This document shows, in pieces, positions 38,778-46,857 of a stretch of DNA of 64,000 nucleotides. The stretch's first letter is position 1; the number at the start of each line of letters is the position of its first letter. Source of the DNA: Bacilli bacterium. GTDB taxonomy: Bacteria; Bacillota_I; Bacilli_A; RF39; UBA660. The notes under the pieces were generated by a model that was not told the DNA's origin, did no database searches, and saw only the letters and a list, made by a program, of their open reading frames with translations. Position numbers and translations under genes: made by a program. Location of the stretch: positions 5,228 through 69,227 of the forward strand of contig JAFYER010000002.1 of assembly GCA_017544165.1 (NCBI GenBank), read 5' to 3'.

Positions 38778-38853
38778 TGGCGCCCGATGTAGGACTCGGA
38801 CCTACGACCTAACGGTTAACAGCGGTGCGCTGTACCAACTGAGCTAATCGGGC
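38778..38853 (-). tRNA. tRNA-Asn-like (anticodon GUU) with non-canonical positions
   Basis: Perfect acceptor GCCCGAT/ATCGGGC, loop CUGUUAA, encoded CCA. However, the T-loop reads UCCGAGU (C at the universally conserved position 55) and the anticodon stem has C30:C40 and C27:U43 mismatches. Confidence 0.7.
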
Positions 38854-38875
38854 AACAATTACTAATACATGCATT

Positions 38876-38903
38876 ATTATAATAAATTAATTAAAATGTG
38901 TCA
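38876..38903 (-). promoter_or_regulatory. Near-consensus promoter of tRNA-Asn-like gene
   Basis: TTGACA (38898-38903), 16 nt spacer, TATAAT (38876-38881). Confidence 0.6.
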
Positions 38904-38955
38904 ATAAATTTGATTGTTTTATATAAAAAACTTGGAAATTAATCCAAGTTACTTT

Positions 38956-40206
38956 TTATATATTTAATAATCTGCTTCGTGATAAATAATTAACTTCCAA
39001 TCCATTTTCTTTGCAATATGCTTGCATCCATCTAACACATCTTTCATGATTGTTAAGACAACTGCCCTCAAAAGAAATAAGATATGATTTATTAAATACA
39101 CTCTTTAATGCATTAGAAATTGAATTCCTTCTTCTTGTATATTCAATAAAACTAACAAAATCACTTCCACCATAAAATATAGAACTATCATATTCCATTT
39201 CTCTAACTGCTTGTTTATTATAAAAATAAGTAGGTAGATTACCAATAAAATTTAGAACATTATTACCCTTTGATTGGCCATATTTCCTCAAATCCCTAAT
39301 ACAATATTGTCGGGTATATCTTTTTACCATTTCTTGTAAATATTCCGTTTCATCAGAATATTTGAAAGTATCTAAAGCAAGTCTTGGTTTTAATAAATCT
39401 GACAAATCATCATTTTTTTCAACACCATCATTATCGCTTTTTTTATTTGGATTTTCAGCCTCAGTTAATAATGGTTTAAAACCATTAGAAAAATCATTCA
39501 ATTCTGTAATAACTTTGCTTGAACCTTGTGGTGATTCTAAATCAGTAAAATCAAATTTTAGCTTTCCAGCAATATCATCTGCTTTACTACTTTTCTTTTC
39601 AACCGGTTGTTGTGAAATAGTCATATCTTCATCAAAATGTTTAGTATCATTTTCATTAGGTATCACAAGCTTTTTAGGTTTTAAATAATAATTATTAAAT
39701 TTCATTTCATTTTTAATCATTTTCTTTAACGTTTCATCATCGTCATCTGGAATTATTACATCAGAAAGCATTATTAAACCCTCAATTGTATCAATATTAT
39801 TTTCTCTTTTTAGAATGCGAATACTTTTAGCAATGTCTTTTTTAAGATAAGAAGTTTGTTTTTGATAACTAGCAATCACCTCGTCACTTAAATTTCTACT
39901 AACCATTTCTTTTTTTATTTTATTAATATAATAGTTAAGCTTTTCTCTTAATTGAACAATCTCTTCGTATGTTGTAGCATTAACAATTAATTCAACTATA
40001 TTTTCAATAGTGCACTTTGCATTTAATAATGCAGCATATTTTTTTGATTGTTTCTCATCATATTCAATAGCGTTAAGAATAGCATGAATTTGCTCTCCTA
40101 AAATGTTTGTATTTTCAGCAATACTATTTCTAGCCATTTCCAAAAGTAAACGATGATCATTTTTAATTTTTTCTAATTTTTCTTTATAATGCGTATCTTT
40201 ATTCAT
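38956..40206 (-). CDS. Hypothetical protein (416 aa), helical N-terminal half and acidic linker
   Basis: ORF track. No motif recognised. Start overlaps the stop of an upstream micro-ORF. Confidence 0.6.
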   Translation of the reverse strand: MNKDTHYKEKLEKIKNDHRLLLEMARNSIAENTNILGEQIHAILNAIEYDEKQSKKYAALLNAKCTIENIVELIVNATTYEEIVQLREKLNYYINKIKKEMVSRNLSDEVIASYQKQTSYLKKDIAKSIRILKRENNIDTIEGLIMLSDVIIPDDDDETLKKMIKNEMKFNNYYLKPKKLVIPNENDTKHFDEDMTISQQPVEKKSSKADDIAGKLKFDFTDLESPQGSSKVITELNDFSNGFKPLLTEAENPNKKSDNDGVEKNDDLSDLLKPRLALDTFKYSDETEYLQEMVKRYTRQYCIRDLRKYGQSKGNNVLNFIGNLPTYFYNKQAVREMEYDSSIFYGGSDFVSFIEYTRRRNSISNALKSVFNKSYLISFEGSCLNNHERCVRWMQAYCKENGLEVNYLSRSRLLNI

Positions 40207-40315
40207 TTTTCATTTCCTCCACTACCTCGTCTAAAGAATCTTTTAATCCCTCAAATGTATTTAATAATTCAAATAACACTTCGGTATCTAAACTTTTTAA
40301 ATCTAAATCTTCCAT
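40199..40315 (-). CDS. Acidic micro-ORF (38 aa), candidate
   Basis: Below the ORF-track size cut-off. GGAGG RBS 4 nt before the ATG at 40315. MEDLDLKSLDTEVLFELLNTFEGLKDSLDEVVEEMKNE. Its stop overlaps the downstream start (ATGAATAA). Confidence 0.45.
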   Translation of the reverse strand: MEDLDLKSLDTEVLFELLNTFEGLKDSLDEVVEEMKNE

Positions 40316-40459
40316 AAAGCCTCCATACTTAATGTGTTATTCTAACACTTTGAATAAAAAAACGCAACAAAAAAGACCCCCCTATCCCTTCACGTACTTT
40401 GTTTATTTTTATATAATTTATTTTTTTTCAAGAGATAGGGGAGTACGTATTAAAAATTT

Positions 40460-41323
40460 TTAACCATATATATAGAAATCAGTTCCACCCATGCCATCAT
40501 ATTTAGCAGCAGTCGAATTGTTAGCAAATAAAATTACATCGCCCATTCCTAAGTAAGAGAGTGTATAATTTTTAGATTCTGCCAATGTTACACTCGAAGT
40601 AGCATGTTGATAACTTGCGTATATTATAGCTGGATAATTTGTAACTTCTAAACTACTTGTAATTTCTAATTCTAGTGCTGACAAATCAGGATCATTAATT
40701 AAATTCATTGAAATTCCAAATCCATTAGATTGATTATTTATATTAGTCCCATTAAAGTTATAATTTACATAACTAGTGTTTCCATTAATTGTGTAAAATT
40801 GTTTACCACCTTGTGTACCATTTATAACATCCAAATTAATTATTCTAGTTGCTATGACATCAAACGATCTTGTCGCTGGAATTATTTTCCAATGAGCTAC
40901 AAAACACAAAAATGCATCTCCATAGGAACTGCCAGCACCTAAAGATAACCATTTATAGTTGGATTCAATATAATTAGAACGTGGTAAATTTAGTTCTTTA
41001 TCAAGTCCGCCATTATTATATTCTTCTTCGGTTATCTCAGTCGATATTGTTTCATTAGTAATATGATTATAATCTGTTCTATAATATTTTATAGTTTTAT
41101 TAACATTTTCGAAATCCAATTGCATTTGTTCATCAAATTCATCTTGAGTTAACGTATCAATGTGCATATCACTAAAATATTTTTTTAAGTTATTATAATC
41201 TTCTAATGTCATCTCGACACCATTTGAATTAACAATCAATTCATCATTTTCTAAAGCAAAGATATTTATAGGAATTATCATAAGTAGATAAAAAATAAAA
41301 CAAACTACAAATTTTTTTATCAC
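40460..41323 (-). CDS. Secreted hypothetical protein (287 aa)
   Basis: N-terminal signal-like helix (VCFIFYLLMIIPINIFA). Asn/Thr-rich, beta-like C-terminal half. Confidence 0.55.
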   Translation of the reverse strand: MIKKFVVCFIFYLLMIIPINIFALENDELIVNSNGVEMTLEDYNNLKKYFSDMHIDTLTQDEFDEQMQLDFENVNKTIKYYRTDYNHITNETISTEITEEEYNNGGLDKELNLPRSNYIESNYKWLSLGAGSSYGDAFLCFVAHWKIIPATRSFDVIATRIINLDVINGTQGGKQFYTINGNTSYVNYNFNGTNINNQSNGFGISMNLINDPDLSALELEITSSLEVTNYPAIIYASYQHATSSVTLAESKNYTLSYLGMGDVILFANNSTAAKYDGMGGTDFYIYG

Positions 41324-41390
41324 ACTTTCCTCCTTTCAATCCAATTATCACTTTTTTAATAATTAAACTCAAGGATTTTGTCGGAGAGTT

Positions 41391-42452
41391 TTACTCTCCA
41401 TTTAAGAGAGATACATACTCTTCTATGTCTTTTAGTGCTTTTTGATAGCTTGCACACAATCCAACTTTACAATCTAATTCTTGTTTAGAATAATTATAAT
41501 TATATTTTTCGATTATAGTATCAAAAACTTGATTTGAATAAATAACTGTTTCAAGAACATTATAATTTTTATAAAACAATAGTTTTGCAGTAGTATTATC
41601 AGCTGTTTTTTTATAATATATACGGTTGGCATTAAGATAAAAATATACATCTATATTAGAACTAATATTATTTATTTTTTTGTACCATATATCACCAACA
41701 ACATTAGTAAATCCTTTTTTATTAAGTGTCGATATTAAGTAATAATTATTTTGATTGCTATTATAATTTAAAACACTAGATATATTTAAATAATCCTTTA
41801 TTCTCAATTGAAACTCATTGCTAATAATTTCTTCGTTATGATAAATCATAACTGACAAAACTAATTTGCTATAATTAATATTATATATATTATCAATATT
41901 AATTATAAAAGGGTCCAATTCATTGCTATGAAATAAAACAGCATTATCGCTATACAAATCCATAGATATGGTATCTAATTCATTTTTTTCATAATTAAAT
42001 ATATTAATTGTATTTATCATTAAATAATTATTTTTATATGATTTTACCAACAATCCATCTACCTTTCCTGTTTCGGATGATGACGAATTATTGATTATTC
42101 GATATATCTTTGGTTTACCAACATGTGAGGAAAAAAAGACTAATAAAAAACATAAAATTGGTATAGTTATGAAAATAAAGATTATAGAAAATCTAGAAAA
42201 AATACGAAGGCATTTATTCTTGTGTCTTTCTTCTTCATCTAGACAACCCATTTGTAATTCTTTTAAAGTTATGTCAAGTGCATTACATAGTAATAACTGA
42301 TAAGAAACATCCGGAAAACTACCACCATTTTCCCATTTAGATACAGTTTTAAAAGAAGCACCAATTTTTGATGCTAATTGTTCTTGTGTTAGCCCTTTCT
42401 TATTTCTTTGTTCAAATAAAAAATTACCTATCTTATCTAAATCTATATTCAT
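41391..42452 (-). CDS. Membrane-anchored XRE-family HTH regulator with large extracytoplasmic domain
   Basis: N-terminal HTH (KGLTQEQLASKIGASFKTVSKWENG), a TM helix (FSIIFIFITIPILCFLLVFF) and a ~250-aa C-terminal domain of unknown fold. Confidence 0.7.
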   Translation of the reverse strand: MNIDLDKIGNFLFEQRNKKGLTQEQLASKIGASFKTVSKWENGGSFPDVSYQLLLCNALDITLKELQMGCLDEEERHKNKCLRIFSRFSIIFIFITIPILCFLLVFFSSHVGKPKIYRIINNSSSSETGKVDGLLVKSYKNNYLMINTINIFNYEKNELDTISMDLYSDNAVLFHSNELDPFIINIDNIYNINYSKLVLSVMIYHNEEIISNEFQLRIKDYLNISSVLNYNSNQNNYYLISTLNKKGFTNVVGDIWYKKINNISSNIDVYFYLNANRIYYKKTADNTTAKLLFYKNYNVLETVIYSNQVFDTIIEKYNYNYSKQELDCKVGLCASYQKALKDIEEYVSLLNGE

Positions 42453-42483
42453 TATTATATTATAACATAGGTAATCTATTTTA

Positions 42484-43137
42484 TTATTTTAAAAATAACT
42501 TAAATATATAGTCATCAGGTTCAATTTCAAAAGTCAATAATTCATGAGTTATTGGATGATAAAATGATAATTTATAGGCAAATAAAGCTATATTATCTTT
42601 GACTTTACTCCCATATAACTCATCACCATAAAGAGGATATCCCCTTGAAGAAAACTGTAATCTAATTTGATGATATCTACCTGTAAGTAAATGTATATCT
42701 AATAAAGATAAGTTATCTTTTTCCTTAATAACTTTATATTCAAGTTTAGCTTCTTTGCCATTTTCAGTATTTAACAAAACTTTTTTATTATCTATTTTTT
42801 CAATCTTATCAGCTAGTATTCCTTCTTTTTGAGGTATAATACCATGAATAACTGCATAATAATATTTTTGCATTTGCTTATCTTGAATTTGCTTACTTAA
42901 TCTTGCTGCTGATTTAGAATTTCTAGCGAAAACCATAATACCACTTACAGGTTTATCAAGTCTATGAACAAGACCTATATAAACATTTCCAGGTTTATTA
43001 TACTTTTTCTTTATATAGTCTTTAATTAAAGTCAGCATATCTTTATCATTGCTAATATCACTTTGTGATAAAATACCTTTTGGCTTTACAACCACAATAA
43101 TGCTATTATCTTCATAAAGGATTTTTAAATTATTCAT
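42484..43137 (-). CDS. RluA-family pseudouridine synthase
   Basis: 217 aa. Catalytic HRLDKPVSG motif and HQIR motif. Confidence 0.85.
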   Translation of the reverse strand: MNNLKILYEDNSIIVVVKPKGILSQSDISNDKDMLTLIKDYIKKKYNKPGNVYIGLVHRLDKPVSGIMVFARNSKSAARLSKQIQDKQMQKYYYAVIHGIIPQKEGILADKIEKIDNKKVLLNTENGKEAKLEYKVIKEKDNLSLLDIHLLTGRYHQIRLQFSSRGYPLYGDELYGSKVKDNIALFAYKLSFYHPITHELLTFEIEPDDYIFKLFLK

Positions 43138-43981
43138 GTGTTATCCATCCAGTTACACCGCATGGTAAAAAAAGTTTACTATTTTTTATTGGTATAGCTA
43201 ATTCATCTAATTGAATAGAATTATTAGTAAAGTGAGTTTTTAATAAATTCTCTAATGTTAAAAGTGAAAGATTTGTTGAATAAGTATTAATACAAACAAA
43301 AAGAAAATCATCTTTTAATATTTGTTTACAAAGTGTTAAAAGATTGTTTAAATCTTTTTCAATTGTCCATACCTCTTTATTAGCTCCCCTTCCATAGCTT
43401 GGAGGATCCATAATAATAGCATCGTATTTATTTCCTCGTCTTATTTCTCTTTCCACAAATTTTACAACATCATCAACTAAAAAGCGAATTGATTTATCAC
43501 CTAGTCCCGAAGATATAACATTCTCTTTTGCCCAGTCATTCATACCTTTTGATGAATCGACATGAACAACACTTGCCCCCGCTGATAAACAAGCCACACT
43601 TGCTCCCCCCGTGTAGGCAAACAAGTTTAAAACTTTAACTTCACGTTTTTCTTTACCAATTAATTTAATCATACGGTCCCAATTAACTGCTTGTTCTGGA
43701 AATAGGCCAGTATGTTTAAAACCCATTTGTTTTATGTTAAAAGTTAAATTGTTATGTTTAATAGTCCATCTATCAGGAATATTATTAACGTTTTCCCAAT
43801 ATCCTCCCCCGGTATTTGAACGATGATAAATAGCATCCGCTTCATTTGGATTAATTATTCCACCATCCCAAATCACTACAGGATCAGGTCTTAATAGTTT
43901 AATGTTTCCCCATCTTTCAAGTTTTTGACCATTACTCGCTTTTAATATTTCATAATCATTTCCAAAATTACTAATTAACAT
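43130..43981 (-). CDS. Class I SAM-dependent (rRNA) methyltransferase, RlmI/RlmK-like
   Basis: LNLFAYTGGASV (SAM motif I) and IIMDPPSYGRG (motif IV). Confidence 0.75.
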   Translation of the reverse strand: MLISNFGNDYEILKASNGQKLERWGNIKLLRPDPVVIWDGGIINPNEADAIYHRSNTGGGYWENVNNIPDRWTIKHNNLTFNIKQMGFKHTGLFPEQAVNWDRMIKLIGKEKREVKVLNLFAYTGGASVACLSAGASVVHVDSSKGMNDWAKENVISSGLGDKSIRFLVDDVVKFVEREIRRGNKYDAIIMDPPSYGRGANKEVWTIEKDLNNLLTLCKQILKDDFLFVCINTYSTNLSLLTLENLLKTHFTNNSIQLDELAIPIKNSKLFLPCGVTGWITHE

Positions 43982-44031
43982 AAAACCACCAACTAAATTA
44001 TAGAATAATTAATTCTAAAAGGCAAAATAAA

Positions 44032-44061
44032 TTGACTTAATAGCAATCTATAAACTATAAT
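44032..44061 (+). promoter_or_regulatory. Promoter of tRNA-Gly(CCC)
   Basis: TTGACT (44032-44037), 18 nt spacer, TATAAT (44056-44061), 8 nt before the tRNA 5' end. Confidence 0.6.
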
Positions 44062-44069
44062 TAATCTAT

Positions 44070-44144
44070 GCGGGTATCGTATAGCGATTATTATATGAGC
44101 TTCCCAAGCTTGAGATGAGGGTTTGACTCCCTTTACCCGCTCCA
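44070..44144 (+). tRNA. tRNA-Gly (anticodon CCC) with non-canonical D- and T-loops
   Basis: Perfect acceptor GCGGGTA/TACCCGC, anticodon loop UUCCCAA, encoded CCA. The T-loop reads UUUGACU (U at conserved C56). The D-arm is AU-only and lacks the conserved GG. Confidence 0.75.
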
Positions 44145-44154
44145 AAAAACAAAA

Positions 44155-44177
44155 AAAGAGCGAGTGCTCTTTTTTTA
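44155..44177 (+). terminator. Terminator after tRNA-Gly(CCC)
   Basis: AGAGC-GAGT-GCTCT followed by T7. Confidence 0.7.
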
Positions 44178-44432
44178 ATTGTTTTGAACATATACTAAAT
44201 TATAGCCATAATAAGAAAGTGTTCTAACAACTTTTTTACTTAAAAAACCTTTTGTACATATTATATAATAGGTATCTTTTTTATTTAAATATTTATTGTG
44301 ATTCATAATAAGTTTATCAGCATAAATATTGATGCTTCTTGGATCATGTTTGCTGGCATAATCTAAAGGATTTCTCACATCAATTAATTGACCCATACTA
44401 ATGTCATATTCACTTAATTTAATTGTTTTCAT
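44175..44432 (-). CDS. Single-domain rhodanese-like protein
   Basis: 85 aa. LIDVRNPLDY and an active-site-loop-like CTKGFLS. Confidence 0.7.
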   Translation of the reverse strand: MKTIKLSEYDISMGQLIDVRNPLDYASKHDPRSINIYADKLIMNHNKYLNKKDTYYIICTKGFLSKKVVRTLSYYGYNLVYVQNN

Positions 44433-44484
44433 AAAAAAACCTCATAATATCATATGAGGTTTATAAATTTTCAATTAATTAATA

Positions 44485-46761
44485 TTAATCAAAGAAATCA
44501 TCATAATATTCATCATCAGTAATAACATTTTCGTTGACAACAACACTATCTTTGTCAACATTAATAATTGGTTTATCAAGATCATCAAGTTTTATTTCTT
44601 TTGTAAGTGATAAATCATCATCTTTAAGATCGTTAATTATTTCTTTGGCTTTCTTTTTACCTTTTTCTTTTTCCTCGATTTGTTTTAATGCATCTTCGAT
44701 TGTAAAATTATCAGGAGGCAATTCTTTTTTTACTGGTTTGATAACCGGTTCATTGTCTTCGAGTTCATCATCAAAATCATCAGGTATTAAAATATTTGGA
44801 TTCTTTTCTTTTTTTTCTGTTTTAGCTTTTTCTTGATTTCTTTTCTCTTCCTCATCTAAAGCAGCTAATTTCTTTTCAATATCTTTTACCATGTCATCAA
44901 TTTCTTTATCACTTATATTTGCCATATTTCTTCTATCTTGCGCAGGCATTGGTGATATATTAGGGCTGCTTTGAATAAATGGATTAAAGCCTCCACTTAA
45001 AAACGGATTAGCCCCAGCAAATGACCGAGGATTATTCAATTCATCATCTTTCTTCTTCTCGGAAACAAATTTTTTAATATCGAATAATTCAATTTTTTGA
45101 ATTTGTCTTGTTGGTAATTCTGCTTTACCATATTTAACACCCCAATCAATTTTAAAATCAGGAGTTAATTTGGTTTTAAATGGATTTTTACGCCATCTTA
45201 TAATAATGGCTTCGAATAATTTAAGCTTTTGTAAATCCGAAACAGTAACTAGTGGTGTTGAGGCTGTCTTGTCTTTTTCTTTTGATTTAACTTCACCACA
45301 CATTTTACTAATTTCCTCAAGGGCTTTGAGTTCAGTAGAAATTAAGTAAACTAAGTTTCCACAGTTTCCTTTTACTACTTGCGCAATTTCTTCGCCATAT
45401 ACTTCGTTTAATTGAGCAAAGTTTTGAATTATGAAAGTAAAACGAATATCACGACTTCTAGCTGCAGTAACCATGGCATCAACATCTTTTAAAGGTGGCA
45501 TGTTTGCAAACTCATCAAGAATGAAATTGGTACGATATTCAAGTTTACCACCATTTGCCTGAGCACAATCAATTAATGTTTCATAACATTGCTTTACAAA
45601 AATAGTCATAAGTCCATGATAAGTCTTTTTTTCATCATGAATTATCATAAAAACAGCTGTTTTTTGTTTACCAATATCACGCATATCAAAGTCGCTATAA
45701 GCAAGCATTTCGGAAAGTGATTCTCTTGTTGAAAATAATCTAATCTTTTGTCTAAATGTAGATAAAATACCACCCTTAGTTTCATTTGGAGCATTAATTG
45801 TGTTTGAGGCAAAAATATATGCTGAAGAATCCTCCCCCTTTAAAGAAAAATATTCTTTAATATATGGTGTCGTTCCCCTTCTTTCTTCCCCAACTGTTGA
45901 CATATAGTTAATACTATTCAAATTAACTTCTTTTTCTTTAGCGTCCATAAATAGACCTAAAGCTAGACCAGAGAAATAGTCAGCAGCACTTTTTTCCCAG
46001 AATTCCGAATCACTTTTACCATTACTTTTATCATATAAGATATTTAAAGCAACGTCATCTAGTAATTCGATTCCTTTATCCATATTACCACTTTTATAAT
46101 ATTGATAAGGAAGACTTAAAGGATTCCAAGCATTTCCCTTTTCCGGCTCACGAAAATTCAATATAACAATTTTATAACCTTGACTTCTTAAATATTCACC
46201 ACAATACTCATAGATTTCACCTTTAGGATCGGTGATAATCATACTTTCTCCTTTTTTAGAAAGTAAATTAACAAGTGGTTTAACGACACATTCAGTTTTA
46301 CCAGAACCAGTAGCACCAATTACAAGATTATGATATTCGCCATTATCAACCCATATTTCGGTTCCTTTATTAATAAGAGGAATACCTGCTGCTTTAATAT
46401 CTTTATCTAAAGGAGATACTTTTACAATCCCTTTATCATTTTTAATATCCTTTTCAGATGCCCATTTAGAATAACCATCACTACTTTTTTCAGATAAATG
46501 AATACCAAATCCAAATCCTTTTTCTTTATCAAATATATAAGAAGATACACTCGTAAAAATCAATACTAAAACAGCAATAAACAAACCTATAGTGTATCCA
46601 ATGTATTCAAAAGTAAATGCTTTAAATGGTAATAATCCATAAAAGGTACCATTTTGAGAAAAGGAAATAAAATTTAATACAGCTATTGCACAAAAGTATA
46701 AAAGAATAAAACAATAAAAAATAAATAACATAAATGCTTTTGGCTCAACTTTAAAACGCAT
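44485..46761 (-). CDS. Type IV coupling protein (VirD4/TraG/TcpA family)
   Basis: 758 aa. Two N-terminal TM helices, Walker A GATGSGKT and Walker B-like FILDEFANMP. C-terminal tail of ~190 aa is Asp/Glu/Lys-rich. Confidence 0.85.
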   Translation of the reverse strand: MRFKVEPKAFMLFIFYCFILLYFCAIAVLNFISFSQNGTFYGLLPFKAFTFEYIGYTIGLFIAVLVLIFTSVSSYIFDKEKGFGFGIHLSEKSSDGYSKWASEKDIKNDKGIVKVSPLDKDIKAAGIPLINKGTEIWVDNGEYHNLVIGATGSGKTECVVKPLVNLLSKKGESMIITDPKGEIYEYCGEYLRSQGYKIVILNFREPEKGNAWNPLSLPYQYYKSGNMDKGIELLDDVALNILYDKSNGKSDSEFWEKSAADYFSGLALGLFMDAKEKEVNLNSINYMSTVGEERRGTTPYIKEYFSLKGEDSSAYIFASNTINAPNETKGGILSTFRQKIRLFSTRESLSEMLAYSDFDMRDIGKQKTAVFMIIHDEKKTYHGLMTIFVKQCYETLIDCAQANGGKLEYRTNFILDEFANMPPLKDVDAMVTAARSRDIRFTFIIQNFAQLNEVYGEEIAQVVKGNCGNLVYLISTELKALEEISKMCGEVKSKEKDKTASTPLVTVSDLQKLKLFEAIIIRWRKNPFKTKLTPDFKIDWGVKYGKAELPTRQIQKIELFDIKKFVSEKKKDDELNNPRSFAGANPFLSGGFNPFIQSSPNISPMPAQDRRNMANISDKEIDDMVKDIEKKLAALDEEEKRNQEKAKTEKKEKNPNILIPDDFDDELEDNEPVIKPVKKELPPDNFTIEDALKQIEEKEKGKKKAKEIINDLKDDDLSLTKEIKLDDLDKPIINVDKDSVVVNENVITDDEYYDDFFD

Positions 46762-46827
46762 AATTACCTCCTTTATCTATGAAATATTATACTACAAATA
46801 TCAAAGTACTCCAAACTATTTTTTTAA

Positions 46828-46854
46828 TAAAAAAATGTCTTATTATTAAGACAT
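46828..46854 (-). terminator. Rho-independent terminator
   Basis: ATGTCTTA-ATAA-TAAGACAT followed by T7 on the minus strand, just after the stop at 46858. Confidence 0.75.
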
Positions 46855-46857
46855 CCT

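Noticed and set aside
40334-40348. Hairpin GTGTTA-TTC-TAACAC upstream of the micro-ORF
   Set aside because: It is better explained as part of an extended -10-like box (TGTTAGAAT on the minus strand) than as a regulatory structure.
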